From NCBI GenBank assembly GCA_027925225.1, contig AP027131.1:570001-602000 (forward strand): a stretch of DNA of 32,000 bases, written 5' to 3'. Position numbers and translations under genes: made by a program. The notes below the pieces were generated by a model. That model did not search any database and was not told the origin of the DNA. It was given only the letters and a program-made list of their open reading frames with translations. Positions 8,827 through 18,874 of this stretch are shown in pieces. Every line of letters begins with the position of its first letter. Within the stretch, counting starts at the first letter, position 1. Source of the DNA: Candidatus Saccharimonadota bacterium (GTDB lineage: Bacteria > Bacillota_I > Bacilli_A > Mycoplasmatales > Hepatoplasmataceae).

Positions 8827-10158
8827 ATGGAAGAACAATTTGAAAATTATAAAGAGGGATTTTTGGATAATTTAAAAACCCTTATATCATTTAAATCTTA
8901 TTTAAAAAAAATAAATAATTACCCGAACAAAGAACAGTTAAATGCACTTAAATTTATGATAAATCTTGGTGAAAAAGAAGGATTTAAAACATATTTTCAT
9001 CCAAAAGGATATTATGGATATATTGAATATGGAAAAGGCAAAAAAATGGTTGGCATACTTGGACATATTGATGTAGTAGATCCAGGTGATTTAAAAAAAT
9101 GAAAAAGCAATCCTTTTGAAATGAAAATAGAAGGAAATTATCTTATCGGAAGAGGGACAATAGATGATAAAGGACCAATGATGCTTTCTTTCTATGTTTT
9201 AAAGGCATTAAAGGATTCTAAAATTAAATTAAACAAAAGAATAAGACTTATTTTAGGAACTGATGAAGAAACTCTTTGAAGAGGAATAAATAAATACATA
9301 GAAAATGAAGAAAAACCAGAAATGGGATTTTCTCCAGATGCTACTTTTCCAGCAATTTATGGCGAAAAGGGTTTATTACAATGAAAAGTAGAAGAAAAAT
9401 TAAATAATCCTAATTTTAAAATATACGGAGGTTCAAGTGTTAATGCCGTTCCTGATAAAGCAATCTATCAAGGAGATAATATTAAAAAAATAGAAGAAAA
9501 TATTAAAAAATATGATTTTGAATATAAAAAAATAGGAAAAAATGAAATTGAATTGATTGGAAAATCAGAACATGCAATGTTAGCAGATAAAGGAAAAAAT
9601 GCTATTACAAGATTATGTATATGTGTAAATGAATTTGTTGATTCTAAGTTAATAAACTTTATTGCAAACGAAGTTGATTTAGAAGCAAAAGGGAAAAAAC
9701 TTTTTGATAAGGAAATAAAAGACAAAGAAACAGGATCGATTACTTTAAATATTGGAAAATTGGGATTTAAAAATAATATATTAACTGCATGATTTGACAA
9801 TAGACTTCCTATTACAATAACCTTAAAAGAAATTGAAAAATTAATTACTGAAAAATTAAAAAAATATAATCTTAAATATGAAAGATTTGATTGACTAAAA
9901 TCAATTTATGCCGATAAAGATTCTTTTGTAATTAAAACACTAATGAATTCTTATAAAAAAATAACAAATAAAAATGATAAGCCTTATATTTCTGGAGGTG
10001 CAACATTTGCAAGATCTATGGATAATATTTTTGCATTTGGACCTTTTGATGATTCTGAAATAAATTTAGAACATCAACCCAATGAAAAAATAAATATTAA
10101 ATTGTTTGAGAAAGCATTTTATATTTACGTTGATGCTTTAAAAGATTTAGCAAAATAA
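8827..10158 (+). CDS. pepV: M20-family dipeptidase, PepV/Sapep-like
   Basis: Track ORFs 8827..9102, 9553..9792 and 9943..10158 are in one frame. I translated the joins and they contain only TGA. Motifs: GHIDVVDPG, GRGTIDDKGP, GTDEET, SPDATFPAIYGEKG. 443 aa. Confidence 0.8.
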
Positions 10159-10260
10159 AAATATAATTTATAATGTTATTTTTTGTTTTATTTCTAAAAT
10201 AAAACAAAAAAAAGTAATAAACTTTATACTTTTATTAAGGAAACATTTGTAAAGATTTTA

Positions 10261-10320
10261 AATAATTTTTGCATTTGGACCTTTTCTTGGTTTTAAAATA
10301 AATTTAAAACATAAAAACAC
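10261..10320 (+). pseudogene. Degenerate copy of the pepV 3' segment (10022..10080) in the downstream spacer
   Basis: Direct alignment by eye: AATAATTTTTGCATTTGGACCTTTTCTTGGTTTTAAAATAAATTTAAAACAT versus ATAATATTTTTGCATTTGGACCTTTTGATGATTCTGAAATAAATTTAGAACAT. It is not in an intact reading frame. Confidence 0.55.
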
Positions 10321-10394
10321 AAAATTTTTAAAAATATTTTAATTTAAATAAATAACTCAAAATTTGTGAAAACAAATTAATTAAGGAGAAACAA

Positions 10395-10604
10395 ATGGAC
10401 AAAATCATCATAAAAGGAATTTGAGTATTAATTTGAATAGCTGGAATTGTTTGATTTAGTGGACAATTGCATTCAGTATCAAATAGTACATTAGATATTG
10501 ATGGATATAAAACTGGTGCCTATGTATTTATGGAACTTGCGAGTGTGGCTGGTTTAATTTATTCATGTTATGCATTAGTTATGCTAATCAAAAATAAAAA
10601 GTAA
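10395..10604 (+). CDS. Small (69 aa) two-helix membrane protein, hypothetical
   Basis: A strong SD (TAAGGAGAAACAA) precedes the ATG. The ORF has three in-frame TGA codons, so it is absent from the track. Sequence: MDKIIIKGIWVLIWIAGIVWFSGQ...MELASVAGLIYSCYALVMLIKNKK. TAA stop, followed by a terminator. Confidence 0.6.
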
Positions 10605-10620
10605 ATAATTAATAATTAAT

Positions 10621-10653
10621 AAAAAAAAGAATTGCTAAGCAATTCTTTTTTTT
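10621..10653. terminator. Bidirectional rho-independent terminator (A8-GAATTGC / TAA / GCAATTC-T8)
   Basis: A perfect 15-bp stem is read directly between the convergent small membrane ORF (stop 10604) and rplQ (stop 10664). Confidence 0.75.
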
Positions 10654-10663
10654 ATTAATTTAA

Positions 10664-11038
10664 TTAAACAAAAGTAATTATTGAAACTGGTGAACCATCA
10701 CCTTTTCTATTTCCAAATTTTAATACTCTTGTATAACCACCATTTCTTTTTTTATATTTTGGAGCAATTTTAACAAATAATTTATTTAAAACATCTGTTT
10801 TTTCATCTACTTTTACATTTCTTAATAATTTTGATGCTTGTCTTCTTGCAGCTATAGTATCTTTTTTACCTAATGTAACTAATTTGTCCATTTTCTTCTG
10901 AATTTCTTTTGCTTTAGCATGATTTATTACAATTTTTTCATGCAAAATAAGATCTGAAAGTTGATTTCTCTCAATTCTTTTTCTTCTTGCAGAATCATGT
11001 ACATTCGACTGTCTTTGACTTGTTCTCTTATTAGCCAT
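10664..11038 (-). CDS. rplQ: 50S ribosomal protein L17
   Basis: Intact track ORF. It lies after rpoA and carries L17-like RRKR..L and GGYTRV motifs. Confidence 0.93.
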   Translation of the reverse strand: MANKRTSQRQSNVHDSARRKRIERNQLSDLILHEKIVINHAKAKEIQKKMDKLVTLGKKDTIAARRQASKLLRNVKVDEKTDVLNKLFVKIAPKYKKRNGGYTRVLKFGNRKGDGSPVSIITFV

Positions 11039-11059
11039 TTTTTTACACCTTAAAGCAGA

Positions 11060-12037
11060 TTACTCTGATTTAAAAGATAATCCCATATCTTGAATAATTT
11101 GAATAATTTCAGTTTTTGATTTTTCTCCAAGATTTTTAATTTCTTGAAGTTTTGAAATTGGACGATCAATTAATTGTTCTACTGTAAATATATTTGCAGA
11201 TTTTAAAGCATTTTCAGAACGAACAGAAAGATTTAATGATTCAATATTCATTGATAGCTGTGTATCTTCTTCTTCGATTTCAATTTCATCTTCAAAATGT
11301 GTATCCATATTTATTTCTTTTAAATTAAAGATTGAATTATAATAATTTACTAAAATTGAAGCAGCAAGTGAAAGAACACTTTCTGGTTTTATATTACCTT
11401 TTGTTTCAACTTCAAACTTTAAACGTTCATATACCTTTTTTTCACCAGGATTAACATCTTCTACTGAATAGTTAACTTTTACAATAGGAGAATAATTAGA
11501 ATCTATTGCAATAACATTAATTTTGTTTCCCATTTTTTCTTTTACAATAAATCTATTTTCTTCAAATGTTTTATATCCTTTTGAATAAGCAACATAAATT
11601 ATCATATCAAGAGCTTTTTCTTTAAGAGAATGAGCAATTAATAAATCCTTATTAACTATATTAATTCCTTCAGGAGTTTTAATTTCTCCTGCTTTTACTG
11701 CACCGATTTTTGAAACTAATTCTAATTTATAAATTTCTTCTGTATCAATAATATTTTCATCTACTTCTAATATTAATTCTTTTAAATTTAAAATTAATTC
11801 AACTGCATCTTCTTTTAAATTAGGAATTGCTTGAAACTCATGTTGTACACCTTTTATTTCTATAGCAAAGGGAGACACTCCGGGAATTGAAGAAAGAATT
11901 GTTCTTCTTAGAGAAGTCCCTAAAGTATGACCATAACCTCTTTCAAGTTTTTCTAGTACAAAATAAGCAGTATTTTCATTTTCAATTGTTTTTGAATCAA
12001 CAAGTTTCATGAATTTAGGTTTTAAAAAATTTTCCAT
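11060..12037 (-). CDS. rpoA: DNA-directed RNA polymerase subunit alpha
   Basis: ERGYGHTLGTSLRRTILSSIPG motif. The C-terminal domain has LNLSVRSENALK. I moved the start from the track's TTG to ATG 12037, which sits 5 nt after GGAGG. Confidence 0.93.
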   Translation of the reverse strand: MENFLKPKFMKLVDSKTIENENTAYFVLEKLERGYGHTLGTSLRRTILSSIPGVSPFAIEIKGVQHEFQAIPNLKEDAVELILNLKELILEVDENIIDTEEIYKLELVSKIGAVKAGEIKTPEGINIVNKDLLIAHSLKEKALDMIIYVAYSKGYKTFEENRFIVKEKMGNKINVIAIDSNYSPIVKVNYSVEDVNPGEKKVYERLKFEVETKGNIKPESVLSLAASILVNYYNSIFNLKEINMDTHFEDEIEIEEEDTQLSMNIESLNLSVRSENALKSANIFTVEQLIDRPISKLQEIKNLGEKSKTEIIQIIQDMGLSFKSE

Positions 12038-12049
12038 CTTTTCCTCCAA

Positions 12050-12442
12050 TTATTTACGTCTAAATTTTTTTGGTTTTTTTACTCCGTTGTGTGGAACCGG
12101 TGTAACATTTTTAATATCAGAAATTTCTAATTCAGAAGCTTGAAATTGTCTAAGTGCTGAATCTTTTCCGGGACCAATTCCTTTTATGTGAACTGATATA
12201 TTTTTTACACCATTTTCTAAAGCAGATCTTGTAACTGCTTTAGCAACAAGCTGTGCTGCATAAGGTGTAGATTTTTTTGCACCCTTAAATCCTATTGCCC
12301 CTGAAGAAGATCAACAAATTGCATTACCTTCTTGATCTGTAATAGTAATAATTGTATTATTAAATGTCGAATATATATGAGCTATAGCTGTAGGGACATT
12401 TTTTTTAGCTTTTTTTCTTTTTACGTTTCTATTAGCAACCAT
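12050..12442 (-). CDS. rpsK: 30S ribosomal protein S11
   Basis: Missing from the track because of an internal TGA. Hand translation gives [54 protein letters not shown]...[18 protein letters not shown] with a TAA stop. Length is 393 nt, in frame. Confidence 0.93.
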
Positions 12443-12465
12443 AATAACAAATTAACCCAAAAAAA

Positions 12466-12840
12466 CTATTTTGTCACTTTTTTCTTATTAGCGACAGTTT
12501 TTCTAGGACCCTTTCTTGTTCTTGCATTTTGTTTTGTTGATTGTCCTCTTACAGGAAGACTAGCTCTATGTCTTAAACCACGGTAAGTTTTAATTTCCAT
12601 TAGACGTTTAATGTTATATTGTATTTCTCTTTTTAAGTCGCCACCAATTTTATATTTTGCGACTTCATTTCTAATGGCAGTTATTTCTTGATCAGATAGA
12701 TCTTTAACTTTTTTTGAAAGATCAACATTTGCATCATTACAAATTTTTATTGAGGTACTTCTTCCAATTCCATAGATATATGTTAAAGATATCTCTGTAG
12801 CTTTGTTATCGGGTATTTCAATGTTCGAAACTCTTGCCAT
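12466..12840 (-). CDS. rpsM: 30S ribosomal protein S13
   Basis: Intact track ORF starting [10 protein letters not shown]...[10 protein letters not shown]. Confidence 0.95.
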   Translation of the reverse strand: MARVSNIEIPDNKATEISLTYIYGIGRSTSIKICNDANVDLSKKVKDLSDQEITAIRNEVAKYKIGGDLKREIQYNIKRLMEIKTYRGLRHRASLPVRGQSTKQNARTRKGPRKTVANKKKVTK

Positions 12841-12843
12841 TGA

Positions 12844-12957
12844 TTACCCTTGTCTTTGTTTATGCTTAGGATTTTTGCAAATCACATGAACAGTACCTTT
12901 TCTCTTGATGATTTGGCAATCCTTGCATATTTTCTTTACTGAAGATCTAACTTTCAT
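12844..12957 (-). CDS. rpmJ: 50S ribosomal protein L36
   Basis: Hand translation gives [37 protein letters not shown] with a TAA stop. It is too short for the track. Confidence 0.93.
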   Translation of the reverse strand: MKVRSSVKKICKDCQIIKRKGTVHVICKNPKHKQRQG

Positions 12958-13102
12958 AATACTATTTCACCCCATATTTTTAAATAAACAAAGTGTTATA
13001 AAAAAACTAATAAATGAATATTCATTTAAAACACTACATATATTAGAATCTTTATAACCTTAAAAGTTTATCATTTTTATTAAATTTTGTGCCATTTAAG
13101 GT

Positions 13103-13336
13103 TTATCATTTTCTTCAACCACGATAAACTATTAAACCTTTTGTAAGATCATAAGAAGTAAGTTTTACCATAACTTTATCGCCTTCTATCATCTTAATAT
13201 AATTTGTACGCATTTTACCCGAAGGTCTACATTGAATAAAATATTCTCCCGTTTGAGTTGTAATTTTTACTTTAAACTCTCCTTTTGGTAATACTCTATC
13301 TACAATTCCTTGCATTACTACTTCTTTTTCTTTCAT
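13103..13336 (-). CDS. infA: Translation initiation factor IF-1
   Basis: The track ORF ends at a TGA. Read as Trp, the frame continues ...IVYRGWRKW to TAA 13103..13105. The body is an S1-like fold sequence (MQGIVDRVLPKGEFKV...). Confidence 0.9.
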
Positions 13337-13345
13337 TAATATAAC

Positions 13346-14089
13346 CTATAATTTATCTAAAATTTCCCAACCTGTCTTAGTGACCAATATTGTATGCTCA
13401 ATATGAGCAGCGTTTTCTCCATGTTTTGTACGAACAGTTCATTTGTCTAATGGATCTACAAATAAATCTTCATCTCCATCTATAAAAATTGGTTCAATAC
13501 AAAAAGTCATGCCTTCTTTTAATTTAAAACCCTCGCCTTTTTTACCTTCATTTAAAACCAATGGGTCTTCATGCATATTTTTTCCAATAAAATGACCAAC
13601 ATATTCATTAGATACATTATAACCATATTTAGCTGCAGTAGAAGAAATTTCATAACCAATATCACCTAAAGTTGCTCCTGGTTTTACGATTTTTATTGCA
13701 TTATTAAGTGCTTCTTTTGTTGCTTTTAAAAGTTTTTTTGTTTTTTCTTCAATTTTTCCTACAGTAATTATTGCTGCAGCATCTACACACATTCCATTAT
13801 AAGACACTCCAACATCCAGAGTATAAAAATCTCCTTCTTTAAGTTTATAATCTCTTGGTATTCCATGAATTACTTCTGAATTTACTGAAGTACAAACATA
13901 AGCTGGATAACCTTCATAATTTAAAAAAAGTGATTTTCCTCCATATTTTTTAATATATTCCTTTGCAAGTTCATTTATTTTCAATAAACTTACACCGGGT
14001 TTTGAAATTTCTTGTGCACGTTGATGAATTTTAGCAACTATAAAGCCCGCTCTTTTCATATCTTCTAATTCTTGATTGTTTTTTATCAT
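13346..14089 (-). CDS. map: Methionine aminopeptidase type I
   Basis: The track ORF 13439..14089 ends at a TGA. The extension reads WTVRTKHGENAAHIEHTILVTKTGWEILDKL up to TAG 13346..13348, which is the canonical MAP C-terminus containing EHT. Confidence 0.92.
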
Positions 14090-14091
14090 AA

Positions 14092-14739
14092 CTAAATTCC
14101 TATTTTTTTTATAAGTTCTTTATACATTTCCTCGCTATTTTTTGAAGCATCAATATTTACTAAGAGATTATCATAAAAATCTAAAAGTGGTGCTGTTTTA
14201 TTGTAATATTCTTGTAATCTTATTTCTACCTTATCATTTTCGTCTTCTGGTCTTCTTATAAGTTTTGTTCCATCTAAATCACAAATGCCTTCTTTTTTGG
14301 GTGGTAGTGTTTTTACATTATAAACTCTCCCACATTTTGGGCAACTTATTCTTCCGGAAATTCTTTTTTTAATAATTTCTGATGTTGTTTTAAAATTTAT
14401 AAAATATATATCATCTAATGAATTTTCTTTAACAAAATATGAAAACATTTTTACTTGTTCCATTGTACGAGGGAAACCATCTAATATAATATTGTCTTTA
14501 ATAATATCAAACTCATTTAATTTTGCTTTTATAACTTTAAAAACAGTATCATCATCAACAAGTTTTCCAGAATTTAAAATTTTTTGTAATTTTTTAATAT
14601 CTTTCTTTTTATCTTTAGATTTCGCAATATCTCTAAATGCAACACCTGAAGAAATGTGAATAAATGATTTTCTATCTTGTAATAATGCAGAAACTGTTCC
14701 TTTTCCAGAACCAGGTGCTCCTAAAAAAACTAAAATCAT
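14092..14739 (-). CDS. adk: Adenylate kinase (zinc-lid type)
   Basis: P-loop GAPGSGKGT. The lid has CPKCGRVYN...CDLDG. AGGAG SD upstream. Confidence 0.93.
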   Translation of the reverse strand: MILVFLGAPGSGKGTVSALLQDRKSFIHISSGVAFRDIAKSKDKKKDIKKLQKILNSGKLVDDDTVFKVIKAKLNEFDIIKDNIILDGFPRTMEQVKMFSYFVKENSLDDIYFINFKTTSEIIKKRISGRISCPKCGRVYNVKTLPPKKEGICDLDGTKLIRRPEDENDKVEIRLQEYYNKTAPLLDFYDNLLVNIDASKNSEEMYKELIKKIGI

Positions 14740-14755
14740 ATATTTCTCCTATCTT

Positions 14756-16099
14756 TTAATCAAACAATAATGTATCATTATCTTTTTTTTCTTTTTTAAT
14801 ATCTTTTACTTCACCAAATTTTTTAACATTTGCTTTTCTATTTACACCTGATCTTTGTTTTGTGCGCTCAGCTATTACTCTTGATTTTAACTGATCTCAG
14901 GTATCTATAGAAACAGAAACCATAATAATCATACCAGTTCCACCCATCGCGACTGATTGTGGAATTCCAATATGTGTAAGTAAATAAGGAAGAATTGCTA
15001 TTATCATTAAAACAAAACTACCAAAGAGCGACATAGCATTAACTGTTTTTGCAATATATTTTCTTGTCTCCTCACCAGGTTTTACACCCACAATATATGT
15101 TGATGTTTTTTGAAAATTTTCTGCTGTTTCTTCTGGATTAATATTAATTTGAGAATAAAAAAAAGTAAATCCAATAATAAGAAGTGCATAAATTGTTATT
15201 CCCATCCAAGAAGTAAGAGCAAAATGATTTTCAACTCAAACTTTACCAGCAGAATCTGGAAAAAATTGTGCAATTGTTGGAGGAAGAGTAATAATTGCAG
15301 AAGCAAAAATAACAGGAATTACACCAGCAGGATTTACTTTCATAGGAAGATAAGTTTGTTTTTCTTGATTTAAATTAAGACCTTGTCCAGTTTGCTGAAT
15401 TGGAAGTCTACGTTCTGAAGTTTCAAAAAAACCAAGAATAAAAATTGTAATAAGTGCAATCATAATATAAATAGCAAAATAAACAAAACCAATAAAAACA
15501 TTGCTATCAATTGAACCAACAAAAACATCTCAAGCTCCAATTAATTTATAAGGAATTGATGCAAGAAGACCAAAAACAATAATTAATGATGTTCCATTTC
15601 CTATTCCTTTCATTGTGATTTGATCAGCTATTCAAATAGAAATCATTGAACCAACAACCATTATAAATACAAAATAAACAACTTCAGCAGTTCCCCCATC
15701 ATAAAAAACATATCCAGTTGATGTAAGTGCTAAGGTTATTGAAAAGGCTTGAATAAATGCTAAAAATATTGCTAATATTCTTGTTATTTTTTCAACTTTC
15801 ATTCTTCCTTTTTCGCCTTGTTTATTTAAACGAGAAAGTGGAGGAATTACATCTGAAGAAAGTAATTGAATAATAATTGATGCAGTAATATAAGGAGTAA
15901 CACCCAATGCAAAAATGGAGAAGGTAGCAAGTCCTCCCCCACCAAGAATATTTAGAATTCCTAAAAAACTTCCCTGGTCAAAATTATAACTGTCTTCTAC
16001 TGAAGCACCAGGAATTGTAAGTAATGTACCAAATCTAAATAAAAGAAGAAATCCCAGTGTATAAAGGATTTTTTTTAATATTTTTCAATTAGTAAACAT
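14756..16099 (-). CDS. secY: Preprotein translocase subunit SecY
   Basis: Three track fragments (14897..15205, 15236..15463, 15632..15907) share one frame. I translated all the joins and found only TGA. The N-terminus is [24 protein letters not shown]...[24 protein letters not shown], and the stop is TAA 14756..14758. 447 aa. Confidence 0.92.
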
Positions 16100-16162
16100 T
16101 TCCTTAATCATAATTATTTTTAAAATACTCTAAGATAACAATTTTATTATATAGAGTTGGTT

Positions 16163-16600
16163 TTATTTTTTATCATTAGAAATAATTTTAGCAAAACCAC
16201 CAGCATTTACAATTGCTTCTTTTGCAGCAGCAGAAAAAGCATTTGCTTGAACGTTAAGTTTTGTTGTTACTTCTGTATTTCCAAGAATTTTTAGCTTACC
16301 ATAATTATTTTTAATTAAATTTTTTTCAATTAGAATTTCGGGAGTAATTTCAATGATATTTAATGCAACAAGTTTTTCTAAACTAATAATTGTAACTTTT
16401 TCTGTATTAAGCGAATTAAATCCCCTTTTAGGAATTCTTTTATATAATGGATTTTGCCCACCTTCAAAACCAATCTTATTTTTAAAACCTGATCTTGATT
16501 TTTGACCATTTTCTCCTCTTCCTGCTGTTTTGTCTCCTCTTCCTTTTCTTTTTTTAGGATGTCTTGACCCAGGAGTAGAATGCATATTATTTAATTCCAT
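16163..16600 (-). CDS. rplO: 50S ribosomal protein L15
   Basis: Intact track ORF with the Gly/Arg-rich N-terminus PGSRHPKKRKGRG..GRGENGQKSRSG. Its ATG overlaps the rpsE stop (TAATG). Confidence 0.93.
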   Translation of the reverse strand: MELNNMHSTPGSRHPKKRKGRGDKTAGRGENGQKSRSGFKNKIGFEGGQNPLYKRIPKRGFNSLNTEKVTIISLEKLVALNIIEITPEILIEKNLIKNNYGKLKILGNTEVTTKLNVQANAFSAAAKEAIVNAGGFAKIISNDKK

Positions 16601-17361
16601 TATTTTTCACCTTCCTTAAGAACAACTTCATTATTAACAACATTATTTATAATAATATTTTCATTTATTTTAACTTGTTGGTTTCTATTTTCATTAAAAT
16701 TTTGTCTTCTATTTACAACATAATTTCTTAAAAACATAATTTCTTTTTTAGTACGTTGATTATTTAAAGCATCAATTGTTGCTAAGATAACACTTTGCGG
16801 ATTATTAGTACCTAAATTTTTAGAATAAATATTTCTAATTCCAGCAAGTTCTACAACAGCACGAATTGTATTAGAAGCAATTATCCCTCTTCCTTCTGAT
16901 GCAGGTTTTAAAAGAACTTTTGCAGCACCATGATGACCAATATATTCATGAGAAATTGTAGATTGTTTTCCAACAATTTTTACTTGGAAAAGATTTTTCT
17001 TTGCAAGTCTACTTGCTTTTTTGATTGCTTCAGGAACTTCAATATGTTTAGAAACAGCAAATCCGACATTACCTTTTTTATCACCCACAACAACAAGAGC
17101 AGAAAATTTAAATCTTCTTCCTCCTTTTGTTACTTTGATAACTCTTTTAATATTAATTACTCTCTCTTCAAATTCAGATTCAGCTTTATTAACATTTATT
17201 CTTGGTCTTCTTGCAATTCTTAAAAATGGATTAAAATTTCCAGGAAGAAATTCATCTCCAATTTTTTGAAAAAGTCCTTCTCCTTTTTTAATTTTATTTA
17301 AAACATTTTCATCTTTTTTAATAGGAGCAATATTTTCTTTATTTAAATTTTCATTTTCCAT
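16600..17361 (-). CDS. rpsE: 30S ribosomal protein S5 (with N- and C-terminal extensions)
   Basis: Core EFEERVINIKRVIKVTKGGRRFKFSALVVVGD...LKPASEGRGIIA. 253 aa. Confidence 0.93.
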   Translation of the reverse strand: MENENLNKENIAPIKKDENVLNKIKKGEGLFQKIGDEFLPGNFNPFLRIARRPRINVNKAESEFEERVINIKRVIKVTKGGRRFKFSALVVVGDKKGNVGFAVSKHIEVPEAIKKASRLAKKNLFQVKIVGKQSTISHEYIGHHGAAKVLLKPASEGRGIIASNTIRAVVELAGIRNIYSKNLGTNNPQSVILATIDALNNQRTKKEIMFLRNYVVNRRQNFNENRNQQVKINENIIINNVVNNEVVLKEGEK

Positions 17362-17363
17362 AA

Positions 17364-17714
17364 TTAAAATTTAATCCCTTCTTCTCTTAATGTTTCACAA
17401 AAAGCTTTTATTTTTCCATGATAAATATATCCACTACGATCAAAAACAACATTTTCTATTTTAAGTTCTTTCATTTTTCTTACTAAATCTTTCCCAACTT
17501 TAGTAGCAGTTTCGATATTTAAATCTTTTAATTTTAATGTTTTACTTGAAGATGATGCAAGTGTTTTTCCATTTACATCGTCTATTATTTGTACATAAAA
17601 ATACTTATTAGATTTAAACACTGATATTCTTGGTCTTTCAACTGTTCCACTGATTTTTTTTCTAATACGATATCTTTTTAATTGTCTTGCATCTTTACGA
17701 TTTTTAACCTTCAT
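17364..17714 (-). CDS. rplR: 50S ribosomal protein L18
   Basis: Intact track ORF with RPRISVFKSNKYFYVQIIDD and ending VFDRSGYIYHGKIKAFCETLREEGIKF. Confidence 0.95.
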   Translation of the reverse strand: MKVKNRKDARQLKRYRIRKKISGTVERPRISVFKSNKYFYVQIIDDVNGKTLASSSSKTLKLKDLNIETATKVGKDLVRKMKELKIENVVFDRSGYIYHGKIKAFCETLREEGIKF

Positions 17715-17725
17715 ATCTTAACTCC

Positions 17726-18265
17726 TTATTTTGATGATGCTTTCCCTGATTTTCTAATAATTTTTTCATCAATATATCTAATACCCTTTCCTCCATAAGG
17801 TTCGGGTTTTTTCAACAATCTAATTTTTGATGCGAATTGTCCTACTAATTGTTTATCAAATCCATCTATTTTTATATGCGTAGGTTTTTTAAGTTCAATT
17901 TTTAAAGTTTTTGGAATTTCAAGAATTATTTTATGAGAAAAACCTAAACTAAATGTTAATTTATTTTCATTCATTATGACATTATAACCAACACCACTTA
18001 TTAACAATTCTTTTGAGTATCCTTTACCTACTCCGATAAGCATATTATTTATTAGTGAATTCATTGTTCCATGAATCATTTTAAGAGCTCTTTCATTACC
18101 ATTTCTTTTTACTTCAATTTTTCCATCCGAAATTATAAGTTCTACCTTAGGAGAAATAACTTGAGTAAGTTCACCTAATGGACCGCTTACTTTTAAAATT
18201 TTATCTTTAAACTCTACATTAATTCCTTCAGGGATTTGTAATATTCTTTTTCCTATTCTTGACAT
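17726..18265 (-). CDS. rplF: 50S ribosomal protein L6
   Basis: Intact track ORF starting MSRIGKRILQIPEGINV, with ...KKPEPYGGKGIRY. Confidence 0.95.
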   Translation of the reverse strand: MSRIGKRILQIPEGINVEFKDKILKVSGPLGELTQVISPKVELIISDGKIEVKRNGNERALKMIHGTMNSLINNMLIGVGKGYSKELLISGVGYNVIMNENKLTFSLGFSHKIILEIPKTLKIELKKPTHIKIDGFDKQLVGQFASKIRLLKKPEPYGGKGIRYIDEKIIRKSGKASSK

Positions 18266-18280
18266 ATTAAATACTAACTT

Positions 18281-18676
18281 TTATCAAACAAAAGCTAGAA
18301 CTTCACCCCCTAAGTTTGCTTTTTTTGCATTTTCAGCAGTCATTACACCTTTTGAAGTAGAAACAATTGCAATTCCATAACCATTTAAAACTTTAGGAAG
18401 ATTTGTTGCTTCAGAATAAACTCTAAGTCCTGGTTTTGAAATTCTTTTAAGTCCTGTAATTGCTTTATTTTGTCCTTTATATTTTAGTGAAATAATAAAT
18501 TCTTTTTTATTTTTTTCAAGTTCTTCTATAAGAAAATCTGAGATATATCCTTCTGTTTTTAAGATAGTTAAAATTTCATTTTTCATTCTTGAAAAATATG
18601 TTTTAACATATTTGCTTCTTCTTAAATTGGCATTTCTTATTCTTGTAAGTAAATCTGCTATTGGATCATTAATCAT
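18281..18676 (-). CDS. rpsH: 30S ribosomal protein S8
   Basis: The track ORF plus one TGA codon gives ...GGEVLAFVW, the canonical terminal Trp, followed by TAA 18281..18283. Confidence 0.95.
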
Positions 18677-18688
18677 TTTCTTTTCCCC

Positions 18689-18874
18689 TTATCATGATGA
18701 TTTTGTTACACCAGGAATTTCCCCTTCAGAAGCCATTTCTCTAAAACACACTCTACATACTCCATATTTTCTTATATAAGCATGCGGACGACCACAAACT
18801 TTACATCTTTCATATTCTCTTGATGAAAATTTTTGATGTTTTTTTTGTTTAGATTTTATTGATTCTTTTGCCAT
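18689..18874 (-). CDS. rpsN: 30S ribosomal protein S14, zinc-binding type Z
   Basis: [23 protein letters not shown]. The terminal TGA read as Trp gives ...KSSW, then TAA. Confidence 0.93.

Noticed and set aside
10179-10211. 15-bp A/T-rich hairpin after pepV, considered as its terminator
   Set aside because: It has only one G:C pair and no U-tract after the stem in the plus orientation, so it is not a convincing intrinsic terminator.
16590-16610. Absence of rpmD (L30) between rpsE and rplO
   Set aside because: rpsE and rplO overlap (TAATG), so nothing is missing from the sequence. As I recall, loss of L30 is a known feature of Mollicutes, so this is not novel.
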